Below, piece after piece: positions 39,001-47,665 of a stretch of 64,000 bases of DNA. The DNA lies in IMG/VR virus record IMGVR_UViG_3300021958_000042, positions 1 to 64,000 of that record. One strand, given 5' to 3'. Made by a program: the position numbers and the translations under genes. This stretch comes from a virus (taxonomy: Duplodnaviria > Caudoviricetes). Numbering within the stretch: position 1 is the stretch's first letter; each line of letters begins with the position of its first letter. The notes beneath the pieces were generated by a model, which did no database searches, was not told where the DNA came from, and worked only from the letters and a program-made list of their open reading frames with translations.

Positions 39001-42000
39001 CGCAGAATCTGAAAAAATATTATCTGTTGTTTCTTCTACATTTTCATCTGCGATAGTTAATACTGATGTGTTATCGCCAACTTCTTCAGATGTTGATAAA
39101 ATCCCTTCGTTGGTTTCTCCAACTTCTTCCGCGGCCGCAGCTGATGGGGATGTGTCATCTAGTGACCCTATATCATTTACTGATAAGGTTTCTGGAATAT
39201 CTTCTACTTGTTCATCATCAACTATAGATATTTCAGAAACATCGCTCGTTTCTTCAGAAGATAATGATAAAGATTCTGAACTATCTTCTACATCTGCACT
39301 ATCACCAGCAATAATCGCAGAAGTATCTTCTGCCGCCTCTGCAGTTACCTCTATGGATTCTGAACTATCGGCAACTTCTGCACTATCACCAGCAATAATC
39401 GCAGAAGTATCTTCTGGTGCTTCTATAGAAGTTTCTATAGATTCTGAACTATCTTCTACATCTGCACTATCACCAGCAATAATCGCAGAAGTATCTTCTG
39501 GTGCTTCTATAGAAGTTTCTATAGATTCTGAACTATCTTCTACGCCTATAGAATCTCCAATAGAGATTGTAGAAGTATCTTCTGGTGCTTCTACAGTTAC
39601 CTCTATGGATTCTGAACTATCCTCTAAGCCTATAGAATCTCCAATAGAGATTGTAGAAGTATCTTCTGGCGCTTCTGTTGGGGGTGTTTTAGATTCTGAA
39701 CTATCATCTACATCTGTGGCCACGGTTGGTGTGGTAGATGAAGAGTCTTCGGGTACATTGCTAGTAAGAAGTGAAGATTCAGTACTGTCAGTTGGAAGTT
39801 CTGATGCTGCTTGGGCGTTCACTGTGAGATCGGCGGTGGCTTCGGTTGCTAAAACTGAAGGATCAGTGTTATCTTGTACGTTGTTTGCGGCTGCTAATAG
39901 AGTTTCAGTATCATCTTCTGATGTTTGAGAAGCGAGTATAAATTCTCCAGATTCATCAGGGACTTCATCAACAGTAGAAGCTGTTTCAAAAGACGAATCT
40001 TGTGGTATTTCTGAATTTAAAATTTCATTTTCAGTTATGTCTGGTATATTTTCTGATGTATCAGAAGTTTGAGAAATATCATCCTGATTGACATTAGTTG
40101 ATGTGACAAAATCGAATGAAGAATCATCAGAAATATTTGAAGGTGCTTCGATGGCATCTGTTGTATCTAAACTTTCACCCACCTGTCCAGCCGAAATGAA
40201 TGAATCTTCATCTACATTTTCTGAATCTATAGCGGATGGTATAGAATCGTCTGGAACTTCTCCACTAGAAGAAATATTTTCTGCAGAATTTTCATCTACA
40301 TTTTCTGAATCTATAGCGGATGGTATAGAATCGTCTGGAACTTCTCCACTAGAAGAAATATTTTCTGCAGAATTTTCATCTACATTTTCGTCTGCAACTA
40401 CGATAATATTAGATTGATCAGTGTCATCATTAGCAGATGAAGAAACGATAAAACTATCCTCATCAACATTTTCTGATGCCACACCTAAAGCAATGTCGTT
40501 ATCTTGAACATTTTCTGAAGATGTTAAACTTTCTGTTGTAACTTCGGGAGTAGTATCTTCTCCCAATGTTGATGCTACTGCAAGGTCTTCTACTTGATCG
40601 GAACTAGCAACAATAGAATCTGTTGAATCTTCTGGAACTTCGGCATCTTCATTTGAAATAGTAGATGTATCATTGCTTTCGGAATCAGAAACTGATATAA
40701 ATGAAGAAGAATCTTCGGAAACTTCTGTAGCTATAGTTATTTCTGGAGAAAAATCATCCGATGTCTCTGTAGACCCAACAACGAAATCTGTATTATCTAC
40801 TGTATCATCCGCACCAGCGTTAATTTCTACACTACCAGTTATTTTGTCTTGGGCTTCAGCAATATCTACGCTTTCACTAGTTTCTCTAACATCTAGAAAG
40901 CTAGCAATTTCTTCTTGTTCTGTTTGTTGAAGTGCAGTTTCGACAAAAGTTTCGATATCTTCTACAAGTGACTTATCTTGTAAATTAAAAGTTTCTACAA
41001 TTTCAGATATTGGAGTATCTAAAAGGGTATTTACAAATACATCTGTAAAATAATTTTGTGTAGTAGTAGATATATTTTCAGTTATGGACTGGACCGTTAA
41101 ATCCTGTAAAGCTTCTATCTCTGCAACACTCTGAACACTATTTTCGATAAAAAACTGTAATTCTGTGATTGATAATATATTTGTATTTTTTAATTCATCA
41201 ACATCAATAAAATTAGATAGATTTTGAATAATAAAATCAATAGTTAATTTTTCACTAAAACTTTCCAACTGAGTTAGGAAAGAACTTTCAGTCTGTTCGA
41301 TTAAATCTGCTAACTTTAGCTCAGAATTTTCTGACAACTCTCCTATTAGTTGCTCTATAAGATTTGTTTTTTCAAGATCTTCATCGTATTCTGAATTTAG
41401 TGTGGATTCTGTTTCTATATTTTCTGTGGGGGTTATTTTGGATAATGATTGGGCCTCAGAAAATTCTGTTAAATCTACAGTCGATTGTTCTTCTATTTCA
41501 GTAGAACTTACAAAATTCGCATCGGAAGAGGTAATATTTTCAACAACTTCAGTAGAAGAGACTTCAGAAATGGATATAGTTTCGCTAGTTTCTGTCGCAG
41601 ATGTTTCTTTTGTATCTGTAGTTTCAGAAACTTCGGTAGCAGATGTTTCTTTTTTATCTGTAGTTTCAGAAACTTCGGTAGCAGATGTTTCTTTTTTATC
41701 TGTAGTTTCAGAAACTTCGGTAGAAGAAATATCAGAAAATAATATAGTTTCACTAGTTTCTGTCGCAAATGTTTCTTTTGTATCAGCCGTTTCACTAGTC
41801 TCTTCTCTTTCAATTTCTGATACATCACTTATATCTGCGATTTCGGTAGATTTTAAATTTGAAGCTTCAATAGTCTCAATGTTTTCTAGTGATGTTATCT
41901 GAGAAATATCCAGCTCGTCGATAGTTTCAGTAACATCTACCCCAATAGTAGAATTAGATTCATTTTCTTCAATTTTATCAAGATCGCCAATCGCCTGTGT

Positions 42001-43062
42001 TTCCACAGCATCCGTAATCTTTTGTTCTTCTGTAGATGCGATTTCTGATTCTTCAATAGTTTCGATATCTGAAATTGCAATAATTTCAGCGGTTTCTGTT
42101 GCCGTAAGGTCAGATAATCCCAATTCTTCAGTTTCTTCTATAGAAACTATAGAAGAAGTTTCAGTAACTTCATCGTCTTCGGTAATTTCAACATCCGTAT
42201 CATCAGTAGTTTCTTCTGGTGCAGAATATACTAATGTTTTTAATTCAGTATCTTGTAGATATGCCAGAACAAACTGCCGCAAACTAACCATATCATCATC
42301 TGTGATATATTTTGACCGTCTTGTAAGTTCTGTTATTTTTTCAGAAGTAAATTCTAATTCGGATAGATCTGGGGCAATTACTAAATTACCCACATTTTCA
42401 GCAACAAATTTTTGTAAAATTTCTTTTACTTCTGTTACATCTTCTTCAAATGTGTCAATTCTCTTTACAACATTTGAATATAATTGTGAAGTTGCAGCCG
42501 AAATAGTTTTTGCAGAAAAATCTTTTGATATATTGTCAGAAATATTAGTTGTTTTTTGTGCGTCTTGTACAACTTGATCTGCCACATTGACAATAATATC
42601 CTGAACTTCTCTTTCAGGTTCTGCTGCTAAAGTTAATGTTTTAGTAACTTCCACATCATAATTAGCAGTCTGAGGATCATTCAATTCCACATTAAATTCT
42701 AATGCAGTTCCATCAACATCGAATGTGTAATTATTTGTAGAATTTAATGTGGGATTTGTTACAGATAATCTAACAATATCTCCGTTTGAAACAGATACAC
42801 TTGTACCACTATCTACACCATTTTTTATAATTTTTCCAGAAGAAAATGTTACTGTAGATGGATCTGTTGTCAATCCACTAACAAATATTTGGTTTGTCTG
42901 AGTAGTTATGTTCCAAGATGTAGTAGATGCATCATAAACATAAGTTAGACTACCCTCAGTGACGCTCTGTCCGTCTGTGGGGTTGGTTACACCTGCCGGC
43001 GAACCTATTCCAATCTTTACTTTAATTATATCTCTGAATAAGAATATGTTTGTGACTGACAT
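36085..43062 (-). CDS. Giant hyper-acidic repeat protein (2325 aa) with a fibre-type N-terminal module
   Basis: Single open frame. Sequence dominated by D/E/S/T with almost no aromatic, Cys or His residues in the core; 14-residue periodicity; N-terminus has NPTDGQSVTEGSLTYVYDASTTSW. Confidence 0.75.
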   Translation of the reverse strand: MSVTNIFLFRDIIKVKIGIGSPAGVTNPTDGQSVTEGSLTYVYDASTTSWNITTQTNQIFVSGLTTDPSTVTFSSGKIIKNGVDSGTSVSVSNGDIVRLSVTNPTLNSTNNYTFDVDGTALEFNVELNDPQTANYDVEVTKTLTLAAEPEREVQDIIVNVADQVVQDAQKTTNISDNISKDFSAKTISAATSQLYSNVVKRIDTFEEDVTEVKEILQKFVAENVGNLVIAPDLSELEFTSEKITELTRRSKYITDDDMVSLRQFVLAYLQDTELKTLVYSAPEETTDDTDVEITEDDEVTETSSIVSIEETEELGLSDLTATETAEIIAISDIETIEESEIASTEEQKITDAVETQAIGDLDKIEENESNSTIGVDVTETIDELDISQITSLENIETIEASNLKSTEIADISDVSEIEREETSETADTKETFATETSETILFSDISSTEVSETTDKKETSATEVSETTDKKETSATEVSETTDTKETSATETSETISISEVSSTEVVENITSSDANFVSSTEIEEQSTVDLTEFSEAQSLSKITPTENIETESTLNSEYDEDLEKTNLIEQLIGELSENSELKLADLIEQTESSFLTQLESFSEKLTIDFIIQNLSNFIDVDELKNTNILSITELQFFIENSVQSVAEIEALQDLTVQSITENISTTTQNYFTDVFVNTLLDTPISEIVETFNLQDKSLVEDIETFVETALQQTEQEEIASFLDVRETSESVDIAEAQDKITGSVEINAGADDTVDNTDFVVGSTETSDDFSPEITIATEVSEDSSSFISVSDSESNDTSTISNEDAEVPEDSTDSIVASSDQVEDLAVASTLGEDTTPEVTTESLTSSENVQDNDIALGVASENVDEDSFIVSSSANDDTDQSNIIVVADENVDENSAENISSSGEVPDDSIPSAIDSENVDENSAENISSSGEVPDDSIPSAIDSENVDEDSFISAGQVGESLDTTDAIEAPSNISDDSSFDFVTSTNVNQDDISQTSDTSENIPDITENEILNSEIPQDSSFETASTVDEVPDESGEFILASQTSEDDTETLLAAANNVQDNTDPSVLATEATADLTVNAQAASELPTDSTESSLLTSNVPEDSSSTTPTVATDVDDSSESKTPPTEAPEDTSTISIGDSIGLEDSSESIEVTVEAPEDTSTISIGDSIGVEDSSESIETSIEAPEDTSAIIAGDSADVEDSSESIETSIEAPEDTSAIIAGDSAEVADSSESIEVTAEAAEDTSAIIAGDSADVEDSSESLSLSSEETSDVSEISIVDDEQVEDIPETLSVNDIGSLDDTSPSAAAAEEVGETNEGILSTSEEVGDNTSVLTIADENVEETTDNIFSDSATPEDSSAIGQIDREEVEENSSLLVGDIDSIDDTSTAVLADGEEVLELSGDISTTTENIGDSETVKSTSAENIEELSTEDVTDSDQLLDEIDIAKSTDTETPDDTDAIETATVSAVDDTDAILSASESEVDTSDVSLTDGNVVDDTLVDLQISDETPEDSSQDNLVSAEISEDNSDILQSDNESAEDSAAETSSVSATTIDSSVDISIDSDESDEESIAVSSISEIPADASGQGVIPTEIPTDAQGEVLIDGDGIGDGTDAVAATDNDSIDNSTISVSGDETEEDDTSVGIEGEQGSIDDTDAIAAADENVSDQLIITDVSSEIPTDESDFIEVDIDVRVDESSIVSTVTDDNIDDTTAITTGVSDNIDDSIIGLSGTDDLGDTSAESVLSSTETDDNTLPVGSTETSTEDTSDPSTLNSDERQDNTDSIEAQTDQRLDDTDSIATLTDDSQDEVTILGSQDDARTEDTDAVAALTDDRVDSTDSVEALTDERTDDTDSVGALTDDRVDSTDSVEALTDERTDDTDSVGALTDDRTDDTDSVGALTDDRTDVSEGVIALEDERTDGTDSIGALVDERLDDTDAVEGLTDDRVDSTDAVGALVDERIDDTDAVEALTDGRTDATDPSQSQAFSEENDTEATQILEDEGLDDTDVGILTDTPEVDNTIPPVTDGNVVEITELVSEEGSEIADDEDLKLSSDQDSQDNADVPFASSVDEQQEISQATGVVEETPADEGTSTLTGEDESDQESIQFVSDDDESLDQGAVISSADEDSISDNTVSSIGDTDLGDSTVPAVLSEDDTDTSSVEVVELSDDSEDATLPPTTSIDEPEDQDTRPRLSVDISVDAAIELRPSVDETETESTLNNVATDETETEEFINSPPSEEADQNPVVVQPPAEDPISSAPIGGGNESELPELSPPISEALDDFSSEKGIIIMRTGEDKLYTLVPILDKNTNQPIGPFIDRNDSNRFFG
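36450..42150 (-). repeat. 42-nt (14-aa) periodic coding repeat with exact 42/84-nt tandem duplications
   Basis: Exact or near-exact units at ~37357-37584 (TDDTDSVGALTDDR / VDSTDSVEALTDER), ~39280-39680, ~40208-40388 (two exact 84-mers) and ~41590-41720 (TSATEVSETTDKKE). Confidence 0.9.
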
Positions 43063-43071
43063 CGTATCTCT

Positions 43072-43103
43072 ATAAAAAATAAGGGGAAGCTAATGCCTCC
43101 CCT
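43072..43103 (-). terminator. Rho-independent terminator-like hairpin
   Basis: On the minus strand, AGGGGAGGC-ATTA-GCTTCCCCT (9-bp stem with one G-U pair) is followed by TATTTTTTATA, downstream of 43137..47597. Confidence 0.75.
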
Positions 43104-43136
43104 ATATTTATTTCAAATTTTAATCTTTAGAGATTA

Positions 43137-46100
43137 TCAAGAAAAAGTATTGTCTGCAATCGCTGCAATATCTCTTGGAGTATAATCACTATATTGTGGT
43201 CTGATAGGTCCGCCTCTGGTTAAGAGGAAGATTCTCATACCATTGCCAAATGGTTTAGTTGACATCATACCAACATATGTTCTGTGTGTTGCATTTGTTG
43301 TCGTATCAAACGCATCCGCACCATCTCTAAATGCAGTAGATGCAGTTGTAGCGGCCGCACCCTGTTTTGCATTATGCCAAGTATATGGCTGACGGAAGTT
43401 GAGCTTATCTCCATTTGAAGATACATGTTCAGCTCCAGGCGTATGTCCTGTTTCTAATGTACTTTCTTGTGCAGAGTCTAAGTCATACTTGGTTGCAGAT
43501 GTTTTAATAATACCACCTTGAGTAGAACTATCAGCACCAGCCACACAAATCAAATCCATTTCTGCGTCACTATAGATAAATCTCTGTGATGCAAGTGGAG
43601 TTGGGAAGTTAAAGATAACTGTTTTATCTTGTGTGATAGATAACTGTTCAACAGGGTTGATACATGCAGGGCTGTCGACCTGTGGAATAACAGCAGAAAC
43701 ATGATAATCCCAAGGTTTAAACACATCATTTTCACGAACAACAAATCTATAGATGCCTTTAGCAACTTTATGAATGTCATTCCAGATAGAAGGAATATCT
43801 CTATCTTCTGGAACTGATACTAAGTATGTTGACTTACCTGTATCTCTTTCTTCAACATCATTATAGTTTTCATAAGAAAGTTTTACAACTGTGCCATTTT
43901 CGATTGGTTGGTTAAATGTCCATGTATCATCTGTAAGAGAATATGCATACATTGGTTTTTCAACACCAAAATATTCCAAACTGATATTTGTAGTACCAAA
44001 TTCAACATTACCATCAGCATTAATAGTATAGTTTTGTCCAAGAACGGCAGCATCTGCTTCCGAACCATCCACGAATACTTTAAGTCTGTTGATTTCGAAC
44101 AATGGATTTGAGGCAGTTCCGCTTCTTCCATAGAAGTTTGTATACTGATTATTAAACCCAGCGCCTTGCCACGCATATTCATAGATAAATGTATCGTCTT
44201 CTGGGAATGTATCAATAACTGCTTCAATTCTCATGGCCTCACAAGTTGCCGAGGCATTTAAAGTGCCAGAAGTTTCGACAAGCGCCGCCTGATCTGCAGT
44301 AGTTACGATATCGCCGACTTTCATACTAATTACACCAGTGCCTGGCGTAGTCCACATTGTGAACACACTGGTACTACCTACTGTTTGAGTTTCAAACCCG
44401 CTTTTCCCCGTAACAGCGGCTCCAGCCTGATCGGCATAATCGGTAAGAAATCCACTTGTAGCACCCCTTTGAGAATGTTGAGGTAATGGTACAATTTCTG
44501 CATCTGCCGAGGTGGTTGGTGGAGTTGTTAACGCATTTGGAGTTGCAGCAACAGCGCTTATAGAAGCACCACCAGCATCAACTGTTGCAGTCATTAAAGT
44601 GTAGTGAACAACTTGAACTCTTCTTGAGCTAACCAAAGTTAGCGATTCTGGGGAAGTTGGAGTAAACAAAGCAACACTTGATGCGATAGGAAGCTCTCTT
44701 GCGTCACCAGATGCACTTGTTGCTGGAGCTAACTCAGTTTTATCTAGAATTTTTATATCAGTTCTAGGATCTAAGTATGTATCAACTCCAGTAGAAGAAC
44801 GATGTCTAACTCTATATACAGACAATCCAAGTCTTGCAGGGCCCTGCATTTGGTTTCTAGCAGCATTAAAGTTTGCTAAACTACCAGTAGTGAATGAGCC
44901 AGGATCGCCAACAGCCGCTGTTACAGAAGAATGTACATCTGAAGTCGCAGTTCTCGCGGCAACGGTATTATCGAAAGCCGTAATATGCTGTCCGACTGGT
45001 ACAAAAGTAGTTCCAAACGCGGAACCATAATTTAAAGGAAATTCAGTTCTTTGAGCGATATCTGTCGCGGTGGAGAAGTTTGAAATCTGCGCCGCGCTGG
45101 CAATTTCTGCATAATTCTGCTTAATGAGTGATGGTAGTGTTACCTGATCGTTAATAACTGTATATCCAGTAGTTGAGTTTGTTCCGAGGCTGCCAGCATC
45201 AGTCAACGGAATACCCGCTGTTGCTGATGTAGTTTTATATCCTGGCCCACCCTGATATGCTTGTTGAATAACTTCAATTGGATTTGAGTCTGTTAAAATA
45301 GACTGTTCTACTGGAAGGCCTGCCTTCAGCTGTCTTCCATTCACATCAAACACTTGTAATTCGTCCAAAGCTTTTGATGTAATTGTAGTTTGTCCTGTTG
45401 CAGTATCAAAGTCTTCACTCACCTCTGCAAAGAAACCAACATTATAATTTGATGTTTCTTCTGGGCGAGTTGATGGAGAATATAAACAATGGACTGGTGA
45501 TTTACCATCTTCAAATTCAATTCTACCTGATACATTGTTAACATGTCTCTGTACAACAAACCATGCATAGTCATCATCTTGATCTACTGATGCTTGGTCA
45601 AACAAGAACAATCCAGTACCATGGTCAGTACATGTCAAACGATATGCGAGTGGATAACCACTTTCGATATCATCTGTTGTTTTACCTTGTCTACGGAACC
45701 AACCAGATTTTGCTTTGTTTGTATCGTTAGAGAAGTTATAATAGATTTCGCTAAGTTCGCCAGGCTGTCTAAATACCGCCTGTTTAATACCGTCACGACC
45801 TTGTCCTTTTGTCAAATCTCCATTATCTTTGATTTGTAGTGCAGTTGCAATATTAACATAAAGATACTCATCTCTACGGTCATAGAAGAAACGCATTCTC
45901 CATTTTTGAGGTTTACGCGCATCCTTGACTGGTTGAGTTAATGAAACTGTTGATGGAATGGCAACTGTTGCAGAGTTTACATCAGCTTTTGATGATAAAA
46001 GGTCTGTCGCTTTTTCAGATTCGACAATAAACATATCACCAATTCTATTAAGACAATCTTTTACTGCTCTATGGTCTTGTTGTCCATTTACAGCAATTGG

Positions 46101-47597
46101 AATTGGTTCTGATGAATCTGCATCTTGGAATGGATATATGATATTATATGGCTGAGATTCGAAATCAGACTTATTAATTGCCATTCTCCATTCGCCCTTT
46201 ACATATACTGTTTTAGATGCACTATTAAAAGCATTTACATCTATTGTATCTTCCGTTGCACTATCTAATTTTACAGTAACAACACCAGTAACTTCATCGA
46301 CAGAAGAAATTAGTGCAGCACCTTTACCATTAGGTTCGATGATGCGTTTACCAACATCGGCAGAAGACAAACCTCCAGCGACTGGATTTGCGGCTGTAGC
46401 ATTGTCAAAATCACCAACTAAGGTTTTTCCAGAAATATCTGTTAATGTAAAAGTTCCATCTGCAGCGGCGGAACCGACAGTAGGGGCAGCTGCCCATGTC
46501 AATGTTGCGTTCTGCTGTTGTACAGATGTCCATGCAGAACTATAATAGTTTCCATATGGGTGTAAACATAAGTCTGTTGCAAGTGTTCTTAAAACACCAT
46601 TTTGTGCTTTAGGGTCTTTAACAGTATCTACGAAATATTCTAATACGACTGTATCTCCAACTGAAAAAGATTCACTTCTCCAAGTTACTGTTCCGTAGTC
46701 TAATGCAAGCTGTTCTGCATCAACAACTGAACTTACTTTAATAACTAGATCTGGAGCAGAACCACCAATATTACCCAATTGTGCTTCTGAGATTGTGATT
46801 TCATTTCCTACCAGATAGTCTTGGCCAAAGGTCAAAGGAACAACTTTAGTCACATTTCCTACTGCATCGACAAACACTTGAAAAGACCCACCAGTTCCCG
46901 AAGAACCATTTACAACACCGTCTGGATCATTTCCTACTGCAACAGAAGTTGGAGTGACTAAATATACCCCCCCACGATGTCCAGTAGTTCCAGAATCTGT
47001 TTCAACACCAGTTACAGCTCCAACGCCATCGTAAAAGGAGACAAAAAATTGATTTTTCGCCGGAGACTCATCAACAACTGCAGTTGTAGGAATGGTAGAA
47101 GGATCATATCCTTGTCCAGAAACAGAAACATCTACAGAAACTACTCGTCCACTACCGTCAGTAGTAGCAGTTGCAGTCGCCTGTTTAAATGTACCAGTTG
47201 CTGGTTGGCCACCCCTAATTGTGACATTGAAAGTAGTGGATGGAGCATAACCCAAACCACCAGATAATACTGAGATGGATTCGATACCACCAGTATTTGT
47301 GTAGGTGAAACCACCCAAGCTTGCTGGCTGGTTTCCATTCCTATATGTCTGTGTTAGTGGTGAAGTTACTGTGGTAACTGTTCCACCAATAAACTGTCTT
47401 CTTTGCGAAGATAAAGAATATGGAGAAATTCTATCAAATTCTCCTTGAGCAGGGCGGCCTAGCCTTGTGAATGTTTGGTTAAAACTATTCAAAAATTGAA
47501 ATTTCTGTTGATGCTTCTGTTGTTGCATCGAAACCATTTCATTTCTCTGAATAGAGAATCCACCTGACATAAATTCTGTAGATAATGAAGTAGTCAT
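43137..47597 (-). CDS. Large virion structural protein, paralogue 2 of the four-member family
   Basis: Same conserved blocks (GFSIQRNEMV...LATDL...WRMRF...GWFRR...PVHCLY...RFVVRE...GNGMRI). Inserts include IxSxxVxxGGxGY beta-repeats typical of T4-like virion proteins. SD AAGGAG; ends TGA-TAA. Confidence 0.75.
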   Translation of the reverse strand: MTTSLSTEFMSGGFSIQRNEMVSMQQQKHQQKFQFLNSFNQTFTRLGRPAQGEFDRISPYSLSSQRRQFIGGTVTTVTSPLTQTYRNGNQPASLGGFTYTNTGGIESISVLSGGLGYAPSTTFNVTIRGGQPATGTFKQATATATTDGSGRVVSVDVSVSGQGYDPSTIPTTAVVDESPAKNQFFVSFYDGVGAVTGVETDSGTTGHRGGVYLVTPTSVAVGNDPDGVVNGSSGTGGSFQVFVDAVGNVTKVVPLTFGQDYLVGNEITISEAQLGNIGGSAPDLVIKVSSVVDAEQLALDYGTVTWRSESFSVGDTVVLEYFVDTVKDPKAQNGVLRTLATDLCLHPYGNYYSSAWTSVQQQNATLTWAAAPTVGSAAADGTFTLTDISGKTLVGDFDNATAANPVAGGLSSADVGKRIIEPNGKGAALISSVDEVTGVVTVKLDSATEDTIDVNAFNSASKTVYVKGEWRMAINKSDFESQPYNIIYPFQDADSSEPIPIAVNGQQDHRAVKDCLNRIGDMFIVESEKATDLLSSKADVNSATVAIPSTVSLTQPVKDARKPQKWRMRFFYDRRDEYLYVNIATALQIKDNGDLTKGQGRDGIKQAVFRQPGELSEIYYNFSNDTNKAKSGWFRRQGKTTDDIESGYPLAYRLTCTDHGTGLFLFDQASVDQDDDYAWFVVQRHVNNVSGRIEFEDGKSPVHCLYSPSTRPEETSNYNVGFFAEVSEDFDTATGQTTITSKALDELQVFDVNGRQLKAGLPVEQSILTDSNPIEVIQQAYQGGPGYKTTSATAGIPLTDAGSLGTNSTTGYTVINDQVTLPSLIKQNYAEIASAAQISNFSTATDIAQRTEFPLNYGSAFGTTFVPVGQHITAFDNTVAARTATSDVHSSVTAAVGDPGSFTTGSLANFNAARNQMQGPARLGLSVYRVRHRSSTGVDTYLDPRTDIKILDKTELAPATSASGDARELPIASSVALFTPTSPESLTLVSSRRVQVVHYTLMTATVDAGGASISAVAATPNALTTPPTTSADAEIVPLPQHSQRGATSGFLTDYADQAGAAVTGKSGFETQTVGSTSVFTMWTTPGTGVISMKVGDIVTTADQAALVETSGTLNASATCEAMRIEAVIDTFPEDDTFIYEYAWQGAGFNNQYTNFYGRSGTASNPLFEINRLKVFVDGSEADAAVLGQNYTINADGNVEFGTTNISLEYFGVEKPMYAYSLTDDTWTFNQPIENGTVVKLSYENYNDVEERDTGKSTYLVSVPEDRDIPSIWNDIHKVAKGIYRFVVRENDVFKPWDYHVSAVIPQVDSPACINPVEQLSITQDKTVIFNFPTPLASQRFIYSDAEMDLICVAGADSSTQGGIIKTSATKYDLDSAQESTLETGHTPGAEHVSSNGDKLNFRQPYTWHNAKQGAAATTASTAFRDGADAFDTTTNATHRTYVGMMSTKPFGNGMRIFLLTRGGPIRPQYSDYTPRDIAAIADNTFS

Positions 47598-47639
47598 TTA
47601 TTGATCTCCTTTAGATGTATTATAATTTTGTTTTCTTTT

Positions 47640-47647
47640 TATTTATA
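47640..47647 (-). promoter_or_regulatory. T4-type late promoter (TATAAATA)
   Basis: Perfect intergenic box, followed by an A-rich leader and AAGGAG SD before the ATG at 47597. Confidence 0.8.
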
Positions 47648-47665
47648 AAAACTTTTCTTTGTAAA

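Noticed and set aside
41508-41828. Very basic K/L-rich ORF in an alternative frame of the acidic gene (possible frameshift product)
   Set aside because: It is the expected shifted reading of the 42-nt repeat; I saw no convincing slippery site or initiation signal.
37136-41902. Plus-strand ORFs of 100-290 aa (e.g. 37136..37651, 39068..39928, 41402..41902)
   Set aside because: Antisense shadows of the D/E/S/T-rich repeat gene; S/V-rich low-complexity products with no SD or promoter support. The same applies to the other short plus-strand ORFs in the window.
36450-42150. CRISPR array or non-coding tandem repeat
   Set aside because: The units are in-frame multiples of 42 nt inside one ORF and have no unique spacers between constant repeats.
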